From an uncultured Acidobacteriota bacterium (GTDB lineage: Bacteria > Acidobacteriota > UBA6911), in contig CAVRAD010000001.1 of assembly GCA_963718845.1 (NCBI GenBank), positions 47,434-111,433 on the forward strand: 64,000 nucleotides of DNA, written 5' to 3'. Each line of letters starts with the position of its first letter. The stretch's first letter is position 1. The notes below the pieces were generated by a model. That model saw only the letters and a program-made list of their open reading frames with translations, was not told where the DNA came from and searched no databases. This document shows, piece after piece, positions 9,456 through 19,712 of this stretch. Position numbers and translations under genes: made by a program.

Positions 9456-10220
9456 ATGCTGAGCGGATTAGATTTCATGGTGTTGGGGTTTGCTGCTGTC
9501 GCGGCGGGCGCGATCAATGCGATTGCCGGCGGCGGTACCTTAGTCACTTTTCCGACGCTGCTGGCGCTGGGCGTTCCGCCGATTACCGCAAATGTTACAA
9601 ACACGGTGGCGCTATGCCCTGGATTTATGGGGGGAATCCTGGCGCAGCTTAGGGATTTGAGAGGTCAGAAACGGCGCTTTTGGACATTCCTCAGCGCAAG
9701 CATGATAGGGGGCGTGATTGGCAGCATTTTACTGCTGCGCACGGGAGAACGGTCCTTTATGGCGATTGTGCCATTTCTGATTCTGGGCGCTTCCGGCCTG
9801 CTCGCAGTTCAGGGCGTGATTCGAATGTGGCTGGCGCGGCGATCCGTCAAGGCAGATGCCAAACCTCAGTCCGAGACCTGGGCGCTGATCCTGGTCGGCC
9901 TAGCTGCTATCTATGGCGGCTATTTCGGCGTGGCCATGAGCGTCGTCGTGTTGTCACTGTTGGGTTTGATGATTAACGATTCATTAACCCGGCTGAACGC
10001 AATTAAACAGACCGTGGCATTCGGTGCTAACGGCGCCGCTGCCGTCATATTTATTTTCTCGGGCAAGATTGCATGGACAATTGCGCTCGTGATGGCTGCG
10101 GGAGCATTAATCGGCGGAACTCTGGGCGGCCGCCTGGCAGGTCATATCAAACCGGATGCCCTGAGATGGACCGTCGTCTCGATTGGAATTGCCCTGGCCA
10201 TCATCTATTTCTCGCGCTAA
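9456..10220 (+). CDS. TauE/SafE (TSUP) family anion exporter
   Basis: 254 aa polytopic membrane protein. N-terminal AGAINAIAGGGTLVTFPTLLALGVPPITANVTN is typical of the family. Confidence 0.85.
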   Translation: MLSGLDFMVLGFAAVAAGAINAIAGGGTLVTFPTLLALGVPPITANVTNTVALCPGFMGGILAQLRDLRGQKRRFWTFLSASMIGGVIGSILLLRTGERSFMAIVPFLILGASGLLAVQGVIRMWLARRSVKADAKPQSETWALILVGLAAIYGGYFGVAMSVVVLSLLGLMINDSLTRLNAIKQTVAFGANGAAAVIFIFSGKIAWTIALVMAAGALIGGTLGGRLAGHIKPDALRWTVVSIGIALAIIYFSR

Positions 10221-10249
10221 AAATCCGTGCCTGGTTATACTGTCCCCCT

Positions 10250-12076
10250 ATGATGCAATCCCTTGAACTTCTAGCACCTGCGGGCAACGCCCATATCGGT
10301 ATCGCCGCCATCGATCACGGGGCCGACGCCGTGTACGTCGGCGCTCCGCGCTTCAGTGCCAGGGCTAGCGCAGGGGTGGATACGCGAGAAATCGCGCGCT
10401 TGATCCGGCATGCGCATCTCTACTATGCCAGGGTCTATGTCGCTCTCAATACCATCCTTACCAACGAGGAGCTCCCTGCGGCCCTTGATGTCATCCGGGA
10501 GATCTATGATTTAGGCGCGGATGGACTGATTATCCAGGATACGGGACTTCTGGAAATGGATCTTCCCCCCATTCCCCTCATCGCAAGCACTCAGATGCAC
10601 AACGACACTCCGGAGAAGATCCGCTTCCTTGAGGATGTGGGTTTCAAACGAGTCATCCTGGCGCGTGAGCTTTCCCTTGAAGAGATTGCCGCAATTCGGC
10701 AAGGAACGCGCATTGAACTGGAATGCTTTGTTCATGGTGCTCTATGTGTCTCCTACAGCGGACAGTGCTACATGAGCCAGGCCGTGACAGAGCGCAGCGG
10801 AAACCGCGGTGTCTGCGCCCAGCCCTGCAGGTCGCGGTACGCGCTTACGGACGGCGACGGCAATCGTATTCTTACCGACCGATTCCTGCTTTCCCTGAAA
10901 GATCTCAATCTGATGCGCGATATCCCGGATCTGGTTGCCGCCGGAATCACGTCCTTCAAGATTGAAGGGAGATATAAAGAGATCGATTATGTGAAAACTG
11001 TTACGGCTGCCTATAGCAGGGAACTGGATGCCTTCATCCAGGATCATTCGAATTATCGCCGCAGCAGTTCCGGCAGGAGCGACCCGGCATTTTCGCCCGA
11101 TCCGGCAACGACATTTAACCGGGGATTTACCCGATACTTCATCTCCAGCCAAAGAGAGAAGATTGCTTCCATGGATACACCGAAGTCCATCGGCCAGCCC
11201 GTCGGGACCGTTACCTCCGTGGGGAAGGGATTCTTCAGGACAGATTGCACGGACTTAAAAAACGGAGATGGGCTCTGCTTCTTCACCAAAGAGAAGGCGC
11301 TTGCAGGATTCCGCGTTGAGCGTATTGAGAACGCACGCATAGTTCCCAATACCATGAAGGATCTGGCGCAAGGCATCCTATTGTATCGCAACCATAACAG
11401 CGCCCTGACGCGCATGCTGCACAAGGTCTCCAGTCGAAGGCAGATCCATGTGGAAATGGATTTCCGGCATGAAGGCGATACTGTCCACCTTGCGGTCACG
11501 GATGAAGACGGCAATAGGGCGGAATTGACTGTTACCATGCCTTATGAAGAGCCCAGGAATCCGTCGATGGCAGAGGAACAGGTTGAAAAACACCTTTCAA
11601 GCACGGGGAACACACCGTTCAAAGTAATAAAGATACGCATCTCTCGCCGCATCGGCTTTTTATCCATAAGCTTTTTGAACAGTATCAAACGAAGTGTCCT
11701 GGCGGAACTCGAGAGGATCAGGTTTGAAAGATGCCCTCGCGAGACCGCGACATTTATGCCTAACAGTATGCCTTATCCTGAAAAGCGGCTGGATTATCGT
11801 GCCAATGTTCTTAATGAACATGCCCGGCATTTTTATGAACGCCACGGAGTGGAGATTTTGGAGCCTGCTTTTGAGACCCTTTCGGAAAAGACCAAAAAAG
11901 AGGTGATGCGAACCAGGTACTGCCTCCGGTATGAGCTGGATGCGTGTGCTAGGTTCGGTCCATCCCGCTGTCAGCTCAAGGAGCCGCTGCAGATCAGCGA
12001 CGGGCATCATGCATACCTGCTGAAATTCGACTGTGAAGCATGCAAGATGTCTCTGATCTTTTTGGGGCGGAAATAG
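10250..12076 (+). CDS. Peptidase U32 family protein (collagenase-like / RlhA-UbiU-type fold)
   Basis: Starts MMQSLELLAPAGN...GADAVYVGAPRFSARA. Conserved ELECFVHGALCVSYSGQCYMS and KIEGRYK. The upstream part of ORF 10073 overlaps the TauE gene and is discounted. Confidence 0.85.
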   Translation: MMQSLELLAPAGNAHIGIAAIDHGADAVYVGAPRFSARASAGVDTREIARLIRHAHLYYARVYVALNTILTNEELPAALDVIREIYDLGADGLIIQDTGLLEMDLPPIPLIASTQMHNDTPEKIRFLEDVGFKRVILARELSLEEIAAIRQGTRIELECFVHGALCVSYSGQCYMSQAVTERSGNRGVCAQPCRSRYALTDGDGNRILTDRFLLSLKDLNLMRDIPDLVAAGITSFKIEGRYKEIDYVKTVTAAYSRELDAFIQDHSNYRRSSSGRSDPAFSPDPATTFNRGFTRYFISSQREKIASMDTPKSIGQPVGTVTSVGKGFFRTDCTDLKNGDGLCFFTKEKALAGFRVERIENARIVPNTMKDLAQGILLYRNHNSALTRMLHKVSSRRQIHVEMDFRHEGDTVHLAVTDEDGNRAELTVTMPYEEPRNPSMAEEQVEKHLSSTGNTPFKVIKIRISRRIGFLSISFLNSIKRSVLAELERIRFERCPRETATFMPNSMPYPEKRLDYRANVLNEHARHFYERHGVEILEPAFETLSEKTKKEVMRTRYCLRYELDACARFGPSRCQLKEPLQISDGHHAYLLKFDCEACKMSLIFLGRK

Positions 12077-12114
12077 AAGTCGGCCTGCATTTCCGTCATC
12101 TTAAACCGGAAAGT

Positions 12115-12400
12115 CATGTGGGTAGGGGCTTCAGCCCATTGCTTTTAAGTTAAGTCAGAAAATATGATATTGCGCCGCGCAGCGGCGCTGTGAGTTTAGG
12201 CCGGCCTTTCAAGGCCGGTAATCTGAATTCGATGAATAGTGCGTCGCGTGAGCGACGGTTGAATTCAACCGTCGCTCACGCGACGGAACGTTTATTAGGC
12301 TCCCCATTCCGGGCCTTAAAAGGCCCGGCTAAACTCACCAGGCCGCTGCGCGGCCCACACCTTAAGTTAACACCTATGGGCTTCAGCCCCGACACACATG
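12115..12400. repeat. Multi-shell nested palindrome (outer arms gtgggt.ggggcttcagccc family)
   Basis: Outer arms at 12115-12137 / 12378-12400. Inner arm pairs at 12174-12218 / 12310-12356 and 12241-12289 (gcgtcgcgtgagcgacggttgaattcaaccgtcgctcacgcgac). Confidence 0.8.
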
Positions 12401-12419
12401 TTCTTATCTTTACAGATTC

Positions 12420-14702
12420 TCAGGCCATGCCTAGCGCTTTCAGTATTTTGTCGGGTGTGACCGGCGGAACAATCCACTTTCCTATGGCATTGGCTACGGC
12501 GCAAACAGGGAAATAAGGGGCGGCCATGCAGTGACTGATGCCGGATGCGCCATAGCAGGCGTTCCCGGATCGAGTCTCGACAGCGTATGTTTCAATCGGC
12601 CCAAAATCCAGGATCGTGGGCTTCTTATACTCCAACATGTTCGTGCTGAGTTTTACACCTGTCGCCTTGTCGTAAATAAACTCCTCCGACAATCCCCCTT
12701 GACTGAAAAACATTGCCTGATGCAGCTGGCCTTCAAACGAGGTCATCCTGAGTACCTTGCCGGGATCGCAGACGACGACAAATTTGGTCACCTCGACGCC
12801 TCCGGTTTCGGGATCCACGGCCACTTCGCAGAAACTCGCATTCATTACATCCAGGACTTTCCCGGCCTGGTTCCACGTAGTGGCCGGCGGCCGCCCAAAG
12901 AATGTTGCGGTGATATCCAAATCGTGATCGCCGAATCCTTCATCCGCGATAAATTTCCCAAACGGAAAGGATTTACCGGGATCCGACTTCAGATAGACCG
13001 TCGTATCCTTTGTATTAAGATCTTCCGGTTTGGCTTTGAACTTTGGAGCGGCCAGATCCAGAAGCAGTTTTTTGCAGGCCAAGGCTGCCTCTTTCATTAC
13101 CCATGTTGATGCGGTGCTGCCATCGCTTCCTCCTCCAACAGGAGTGAAGATAGCTTTTTCGTCATACTCGAGAATCACATCCTCAACCTTTGCGCCCAAC
13201 TCCTCGGCGACGACTAGGGCATTAGCCTCTGCAGAGTAGACCCCGCACCAGGGGCCCTTGAGGGGCACATACACTTTATTGTCCCCTCGAATTGTCACAG
13301 TCGCGGTGTATGGTTGGAATGCGTGTCGGGGCGACATCGCGTATCTGAAAGCCAAGCCGTGCATTCTGCCGTCAGGGAGCTTTTGGGTTCCGGCCGGATG
13401 CCATTTCCAGTTCATAGCCTTCTTGCCCTTTTCGATGCATTGCAGCAGACCCGGAGGGATTCCGGGATCGGTCTGGGATGAAGGTCCGTGGACATTCTTG
13501 AGCGCCACATCTGTTACATCCATGCCAAGTCTTTCTGCCACAAGCTGCTCGGCTACGGTCATGGCGTCCCAGTTAAATGGAGAGGTCTGACTAAGGGTAT
13601 TGCGGCCCGAATTGGTATATACCGACTGGAAAGTGCTCTTCTGATGGACGCACCGGGTTGTATTGAAAGGACTGAATCTGGCTTCGAATCCCCCCCACAT
13701 GGAAGGCGTTTCGTCTGGAGATCCCTGATCCGCGATGGTACTCTCCTCGACCGCTGTAATCCTTCCATCCTTTTTGAAGCCGATTTTAGCGTGAGAATAT
13801 CGCTGCGGATTTGCAGGATAATAATCGTTTTGCCTTTCATTTGCGCATCGGACAGGTCTCCCCGTTCTCCTGGCGAGCAAAGGCGTAATGAGCTGGGAGC
13901 GGCGTATGATCCAGTCGCAGTATTTGCCCCCTTGGAACAGGGTGCCGCGATGGAGTTTGTCGAAATTGACATTGTACATAGGGCGCAGCGAAAATGCGCC
14001 CCACGTAGGGCTTATTCCCTCGATATGCAGGGTAGGGCCCTCGACGCCCCACGGATCCTGCGCCCACCAGGAGACGCTCCCGTTAGGATTCGGCGGGTGA
14101 GAAGCCGTGCGTGAGTGAACCCAGTCGAATTCGAGGATATCGTCGGACTCTCTGAACCCGGCCTCAACATCCCCCTGGGTGTAATTCGAAGCCAGTTTTT
14201 TGGGGTCGTGTCGAATGATCGGCGCGCCGGGTTTCAAGGCATCCAGAGCATCCACAATGCATGGCAGCACATCCCATTCCACTTTGATCAGTTTTAGGGC
14301 CTCATCGCAAATTTCCGGTGTCACGGCGACAACAACTGCGCCTATCTCCTCATCTTCTGTCTCCGCTTCGTTGGGGACCATAGACCCCTGGATGCCGGCC
14401 ATTGGCTTGACCTCCGCATTGGCCGTGGCTGTGTTCATGGCTTGGATATCGGGATCGTCCCAGGTAACGATGTCCACCACGCCCTCTAGAGCCTTTGCTT
14501 TGCTGATATCCATACTCTTTATTTTCGCGCGGCCATGAGGGCTTCTGAGGAATTTGGCATGGAGCATGTTGGGCAGAACCGCATCGGTGCCGAACTTGGC
14601 TCCGCCGGTAGCTATGGTATACGACAGCCGACCGGGCACATTGGCTCGACCGACAGCTTTGAATTCCGTTCTTTGTCCGTTGCTGCCTTCGATGTCTGCC
14701 AT
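12420..14702 (-). CDS. Xanthine dehydrogenase/aldehyde oxidase family molybdopterin-binding subunit, divergent (paralog 1)
   Basis: 760 aa. a/b-hammerhead-like N-terminus (GRLSYTIATGGAKFGTDAVLPNMLHAKFLRSPHGRAKIKSMDISKAKALEGV) and C-terminal ...AVANAIGKWIVPPVTPDKILKAL. GGGAGG RBS upstream. Confidence 0.8.
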   Translation of the reverse strand: MADIEGSNGQRTEFKAVGRANVPGRLSYTIATGGAKFGTDAVLPNMLHAKFLRSPHGRAKIKSMDISKAKALEGVVDIVTWDDPDIQAMNTATANAEVKPMAGIQGSMVPNEAETEDEEIGAVVVAVTPEICDEALKLIKVEWDVLPCIVDALDALKPGAPIIRHDPKKLASNYTQGDVEAGFRESDDILEFDWVHSRTASHPPNPNGSVSWWAQDPWGVEGPTLHIEGISPTWGAFSLRPMYNVNFDKLHRGTLFQGGKYCDWIIRRSQLITPLLARRTGRPVRCANERQNDYYPANPQRYSHAKIGFKKDGRITAVEESTIADQGSPDETPSMWGGFEARFSPFNTTRCVHQKSTFQSVYTNSGRNTLSQTSPFNWDAMTVAEQLVAERLGMDVTDVALKNVHGPSSQTDPGIPPGLLQCIEKGKKAMNWKWHPAGTQKLPDGRMHGLAFRYAMSPRHAFQPYTATVTIRGDNKVYVPLKGPWCGVYSAEANALVVAEELGAKVEDVILEYDEKAIFTPVGGGSDGSTASTWVMKEAALACKKLLLDLAAPKFKAKPEDLNTKDTTVYLKSDPGKSFPFGKFIADEGFGDHDLDITATFFGRPPATTWNQAGKVLDVMNASFCEVAVDPETGGVEVTKFVVVCDPGKVLRMTSFEGQLHQAMFFSQGGLSEEFIYDKATGVKLSTNMLEYKKPTILDFGPIETYAVETRSGNACYGASGISHCMAAPYFPVCAVANAIGKWIVPPVTPDKILKALGMA

Positions 14703-14770
14703 AGTGTTGCCTCCCGATTGGAATATTTGGCGCTAATTATGAGGGGGATGGTACCGATATCCCGCGCAGT

Positions 14771-17044
14771 TTAAGCCATGCCTAGCGCTTTCAGTATTTT
14801 GTCCGGCGTTACCGGCGGAGCGATCCACTTTCCTATGGCGTTGGCCACGGCGCAAACAGGAAGCAAGGGAGCGGCCATGCAGTGGCTGATCCCTGTTCCG
14901 CCATAGCAGGCGTTCCCCGAACGAGTCTCAACGGCGTACGTTTCGATCGGTCCCAAATCCAGCATCGTGGGTTTCTTGTACTCCCACATGTTCGTGCTGA
15001 GTTTCACACCCGTCGCCTTGTCATAAATAAATTCCTCGGACAACCCCCCACCATGGCCGAAGAACATCGCCTGGTGCAGCTGGCCTTCAAACGACGTCAT
15101 CCTCAGTACCTTGCCCGGATCGCAGACAACCACATATTTGGTCACTTCCACGGCGCCGGTTTCAGGGTCCACGGCCACTTCGCAGAAGCTCGTATTCATG
15201 ACATCGAGGACCTTTCCGCCTAAACTCCACGTGGTTTCCGGCGGCCTGCCAAAGAAAGTTGCGGCGATATCCAGATCATGATCGCCAAACCCTTCGTCCG
15301 CGATAAATTTCCCGAACGGAAAGGATTTGCCGGGATTCGATTTCAGATAAACCATCGTGTCCTTTGTATCAAGATCTTCGGGCCTGGCTTTGAACTCCGC
15401 AAACACGCGATTTTGAGCGGCCAGCTCCAGAAGCGCTTTTTTGCAGGCCACGGCTGCTTCTTTCATCACCCAGGCGGATGCGGAAGTGCCGTCGCTTCCT
15501 CCTCCAACCGGAGTGAAGAGAGCCTTGTTATCGTAGAGGAGAATCACATCCTCAACTCTTGCGCCCAGCTCTTCGGCGACAACCAGTGCGCAGGCGTCCG
15601 CGGCGTAAACCCCGATCCAGGGACCTTTGGTCGGCACGTATACTTTGTTGTCCGCCTGAATTGTCACCGTTGCCGTGTACGGTTGTTTGGCGTGCCTGGG
15701 CGACAGGGCATACCGGAAACTCAAGCCATGCAGCCTGCCGTCCGGGAGCTTTTTGGTTCCGGCAGGATGCCACTTCCAATTCATGGCCTTCCTGCCCTTT
15801 TCAATGCACATCTGCAAACTGGGAGGGACTCCGGGATCGGTCTGGGATGCAGGGCCGTGGACATTTTTGAGTGCGACATCGGTCGGGTCCGTGCCCAGCT
15901 TTTCCGCGATGATCTGCTCGGCGATGGTCATGGCGTCCCAGTTGTACGGGGAGGTCTGGCTGCCCGTCACCTTGCCTGAACTGGTATAGACTCCCAAAGA
16001 CTCGCTCTTCAGATTGAGGCACCGGGTGGTATTGAAAGGACTGAACATAGCCTCCCAGGATCCTCCTCCGAGAGGACGGGCACCTTTGCCCGGGGCTCCT
16101 GCATCCGAGATCGTGCTCTCTTCGATCGCAGTCAGCGTCCCGTCGTTTTTGAATCCGATCTTAACATGCGTGTACCGCTGTGGATTCGAAGTGTAGAAAT
16201 CATCCTGCCTGGTATTCATGCAGCGGACGGGCCGGCCCGTTCTCCTGGCCAGCAATGGCGTGATGAGTGAGGCGCGGCGGAGCATCCAGTCGCAGTATTT
16301 CCCGCCCTGGAATGTGGTGCCTCGGTAGAGCTTATCGTAATTGACGTTATACATGGGACGCAGCTCAAATGATCCCCACGTAGGATATACGCCCTCAATA
16401 TATAGAGCTGGCCCTTCGACCCCCAAGGGGTCCTGCGCCCACCAGGCGACGCTCCCGTTGGGATTTGGTATGTGAGACGCCATCAAAGATTGCGCCCAGT
16501 CGAATTCCACGATCTGATCCGCTGCCTTGAAACCAGCCTCAACATCTCCCGTCATAAAAGGCTTTGATGCCACCCCTTTGGGATTGAAGCGAACGAACGG
16601 GGCGTCGGGTTTCAGGCTATCCCGGGGATCCACTACCGTAGGGAATACTTCCCAATCTACCTTGATCAGTCTGAGCGCCTCATCGCAAATCTCCGGGGTC
16701 ACGGCGACAACAATTGCGCCTATCTCTTCGTTTTCCGTATCCGATTCGTCAACGAGCAGAGGCTCCCGGGTTCCTTTTATGTTTTTAATGTCCGGGTCTT
16801 CCCAGGTGAGGATATCCATCACGCCCTCGAGCGCCTTCGCTTTGCTGATGTCGATGCTCTTTATTTTCGCGCGGCCGTGGGGGTTCCTGAGGAATTTGGC
16901 GTGGAGCATGTCGGGTACAACAAAATCGCTGCCGAACTTGGCTCTGCCGGTGGCTATGCCATAGGAAAGCTTGCCGGGTACATTTGCTTTACCGACAGCC
17001 TTGAATTCCGTTCTCTGTCCGTTGCTGCCTTCAATGTCTGCCAT
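14771..17044 (-). CDS. Xanthine dehydrogenase/aldehyde oxidase family molybdopterin-binding subunit, divergent (paralog 2)
   Basis: 757 aa, colinear with 12420-14702 over the full length. First 18 residues are identical and the last ~30 nearly so. Confidence 0.8.
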   Translation of the reverse strand: MADIEGSNGQRTEFKAVGKANVPGKLSYGIATGRAKFGSDFVVPDMLHAKFLRNPHGRAKIKSIDISKAKALEGVMDILTWEDPDIKNIKGTREPLLVDESDTENEEIGAIVVAVTPEICDEALRLIKVDWEVFPTVVDPRDSLKPDAPFVRFNPKGVASKPFMTGDVEAGFKAADQIVEFDWAQSLMASHIPNPNGSVAWWAQDPLGVEGPALYIEGVYPTWGSFELRPMYNVNYDKLYRGTTFQGGKYCDWMLRRASLITPLLARRTGRPVRCMNTRQDDFYTSNPQRYTHVKIGFKNDGTLTAIEESTISDAGAPGKGARPLGGGSWEAMFSPFNTTRCLNLKSESLGVYTSSGKVTGSQTSPYNWDAMTIAEQIIAEKLGTDPTDVALKNVHGPASQTDPGVPPSLQMCIEKGRKAMNWKWHPAGTKKLPDGRLHGLSFRYALSPRHAKQPYTATVTIQADNKVYVPTKGPWIGVYAADACALVVAEELGARVEDVILLYDNKALFTPVGGGSDGTSASAWVMKEAAVACKKALLELAAQNRVFAEFKARPEDLDTKDTMVYLKSNPGKSFPFGKFIADEGFGDHDLDIAATFFGRPPETTWSLGGKVLDVMNTSFCEVAVDPETGAVEVTKYVVVCDPGKVLRMTSFEGQLHQAMFFGHGGGLSEEFIYDKATGVKLSTNMWEYKKPTMLDLGPIETYAVETRSGNACYGGTGISHCMAAPLLPVCAVANAIGKWIAPPVTPDKILKALGMA

Positions 17045-17174
17045 GTTGTCGCCTCACAATGAAATTTTCGCCGCTGGTTATGACAGGGATTGTACTACTA
17101 AATGCCAGTTTCAGGTTAAAATGCATTTGAATATTATTCCACAGGTTTCAGGTCTTTTATTCGGGGGGAGATAC

Positions 17175-18104
17175 ATGGCATTAAGGTTTAGGATCTTTCT
17201 GCATAGCTACCTGGGTTTCAACAGCAACTCAACGCTGATCTACGGGGAACGGGATGCGATTCTGGTCGACGCGTCGCAACTGCTGAGCGATACCCATCGG
17301 ATGATCGCCGACATTATTCCCATGCGCAAAAACCTTACGCACATCTATGTGTCGCACTTTCACCCTGATCACCATTTCGGGCTGCTGGTCCTCGAGCATG
17401 CTTTTCCAAAAGCAAAAATTGTGGCGCTGCCCAGCGTGGTCAAGGATATCGTCGTCACGTCGAGCGACAAAGTCGAGCTTTGGGCCATCGACCGTTTCGG
17501 GCCGGACGACATCCCCCATAGAACCACAATTCCTATGCCGCTGAATGAACCGCGGCTCGTGCTTGAAGGAGAGGAATTGCTGTTCTCCGACGATTGGGAA
17601 GGGGATAGCGCCAACAACTCCGCAGTCTGGATCCCATCCATCAGTGTAGTCTGCGCCACGGACATCGCGTTTCACGACTGCCACCTGTGGCCCATTGAGA
17701 GTACTGTTGCCCGCCGTGTGAAGTGGCGCGCATCGCTTGATAAACTCAGGGAGTTCGATGCGCGCATCGTCATCCCCGGTCATTGCGACGATGACAAAAT
17801 CCGGATCATGGATGAGGTCCAGGGCAATGGCGCGCGCTCCTATGACGCATGCATCGATTGGTCGCGGACGTATCTCGATAACTATGAAGAAGTGTACCGC
17901 ACGGCCAGGACGGGAGAGGCGATGGTATCGGCTATGACGAAGCTTTATCCCGATGTCAAAGCCGAGGACTTTGCCATTCACTGGCAGGCCAGGCTGCTAT
18001 TTCCGCACAGCAGTCCCGACTGGCTCACGCCGCTGCCGGGCACGCCGGGAAAGATTTTTCTCAGCCCGGGCGGCACCTACGACGGAGATCCGCCCCGCGA
18101 ATAG
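17175..18104 (+). CDS. MBL-fold metallo-hydrolase
   Basis: Starts MALRFRIF... with the HxHxDH motif (YVSHFHPDHHFGL) and later IPGHCDD. The upstream part of ORF 16971 overlaps the Mo-enzyme gene and is discounted. Confidence 0.7.
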   Translation: MALRFRIFLHSYLGFNSNSTLIYGERDAILVDASQLLSDTHRMIADIIPMRKNLTHIYVSHFHPDHHFGLLVLEHAFPKAKIVALPSVVKDIVVTSSDKVELWAIDRFGPDDIPHRTTIPMPLNEPRLVLEGEELLFSDDWEGDSANNSAVWIPSISVVCATDIAFHDCHLWPIESTVARRVKWRASLDKLREFDARIVIPGHCDDDKIRIMDEVQGNGARSYDACIDWSRTYLDNYEEVYRTARTGEAMVSAMTKLYPDVKAEDFAIHWQARLLFPHSSPDWLTPLPGTPGKIFLSPGGTYDGDPPRE

Positions 18105-18120
18105 GATCCTGGGCAAGAAA

Positions 18121-18513
18121 CTAAACGCGACGCTTCTTAATCAACGCATCGATGCTCAGGCGGCCCGATCCTCTGGATGCAATAAAGAGAAAGACAAAGC
18201 AATAGAGAACCGCTAGTTCGCCCTTGTTCACGATTGGCCAGAATCCTCCGGGCGCATGCATCATAAAATAGGCTGCAGACATCTGGCCGCTTGTGATGAA
18301 TGCGGCATATCCGGCCCAAAGCCCGAGGGCAATGAGCGCGCCGCCGAAGAACTCAATGACTCCTGCTGCCGTAATCAGCGGATTGGCGGATGCGCCTATG
18401 CCTCCGAACAAGCCGAATAATTTCTGTGCTCCGTGGCAGGCAAATAGCAAACCAACCACGATTCTCATAAGCCCGTAGCACACATCTGAATATTTCCCCA
18501 GCCAACGTTCCAT
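18121..18513 (-). CDS. DoxX family membrane protein
   Basis: 130 aa, 4 hydrophobic segments. LMRIVVGLLFACHGAQKLFG motif is typical of DoxX. Confidence 0.8.
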   Translation of the reverse strand: MERWLGKYSDVCYGLMRIVVGLLFACHGAQKLFGLFGGIGASANPLITAAGVIEFFGGALIALGLWAGYAAFITSGQMSAAYFMMHAPGGFWPIVNKGELAVLYCFVFLFIASRGSGRLSIDALIKKRRV

Positions 18514-18781
18514 CGTCTGCCTCCGATCTTTCGAGAATGGGATTGACTAGTATTTGCACAGTTGTCGTATTCTAAGTCGGGTTCCAGAGAGCAGCAATGA
18601 AATTGTATATGAACAAGCTCTGCGCACTTGAGCGCGACAGCATGTGTTATGTCTGGAACGTTGCTTTTCGCATACGCTTGCGCAAGAATGCTGGGTGCCG
18701 GCTTTGCTCGGATAGACTCCTGGCTGACGGCAGCAGCAGAATTTCCTTGCTGTTCGACATCCAAATTCTTAAGGAGGTTTT

Positions 18782-19616
18782 ATGATTCGGGCGATTGTCA
18801 GTATCGCACTTTTGCTGAGCAGCGTAACACTGGTTCGCGCACAGGCAGGATGCACTCGATCGATGCTTCAGGCGGCAGCGGACAGCTACATTGCCGCTCA
18901 GACGGCAGGGGAATCTGTCCAAAATGTCGCTCGCTCCAAAGGTGAAGTATCTTGAGAACATGAAAGAAACCACTCAAGAGAAGGGGCTGTGGAATACCGC
19001 TTTGCCCATCGCCTTTCACCGCAGCATTTATGATGTTGGACGGTGCATGACATTCTCTGAAGTGATCGTCACCGAGGGTGGCCATCCCTATGTTCTTGGG
19101 ACCCGCTTGAAAGTTAACGACGGGAAAGTTTCGGAGATCGATAGCCTGGTAACCGACCAGGGCGACTGGCTGTTCAATGCTCAGGATTATCTGAAATATT
19201 CGAAGGCGGAGGATTGGCCTGTCCTGCCTGTCGATGATCGCGTCAGCCGCCAGGATTTGATCGATGCGGGCAACCAGTACCTGGATTTTGTGTTCATGGA
19301 TAAGGGCATCCGGCCGCCCTGGGGCACTCCTTGCGCCAGGCTCGAGGGCGGTGCGTATACCAATGATAAAAATGAACCCAAGGATACCTGCCAGATTGAT
19401 GGTCCCCTCGGCAACATGTTTATCGTGAACCGGACGTATGTGGTCGATGAAGAGATGGGAACCGTCAATATTTTCTGCCGCTTTGGCGACAACACCGGCA
19501 TGCCTGATTCGCATATGTTCCGGTTGGTGCGCGGGAAATACCGCTGGATCCACACGCTGAGCGTGAACTTAACCGACAAGCCCGTCGTCGTCCCAAAGAT
19601 GCTGCCGGAGAAGTAA
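18782..19616 (+). CDS. Secreted protein of unknown function (paralog family with 22407-23382 and 23475-24332); apparent frameshift at G-run ~18909
   Basis: ATG at 18782 gives signal peptide MIRAIVSIALLLSSVTLVRAQAGCTRSML..QTAG. The reading frame then continues in ORF 18891 (NLSKMSLAPKVKYL...). Body is homologous to ORFs 23686 and 23475 on the minus strand. Confidence 0.5.
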
Positions 19617-19623
19617 GCCATCA

Positions 19624-19691
19624 AAAATGGTGTCAGGTTAGATTTCCCCCAATTCCCAGCAATTAGGGGAAATCTAACCTGACACCATTTT
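19624..19691. terminator. Perfect 26-bp-stem hairpin
   Basis: aaaatggtgtcaggttagatttcccc (19624-19649) / ggggaaatctaacctgacaccatttt (19666-19691), flanked by A/T runs. Sits between the stop at 19616 and the start at 19713. Confidence 0.6.
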
Positions 19692-19712
19692 ATATGAAAG
19701 AAGGAATGCGAT

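Noticed and set aside
10073-10249. N-terminal extensions offered by the ORF track: U32 from 10073, MBL from 16971, GRE from 53473, Mo-oxidoreductase from 53440, 5S subunit from 36916, EamA from 60025, ATP-grasp from 60392.
   Set aside because: The extensions overlap the preceding gene or run through repeat elements. Internal ATG codons with Shine-Dalgarno-like sequences give N-termini that match the family.
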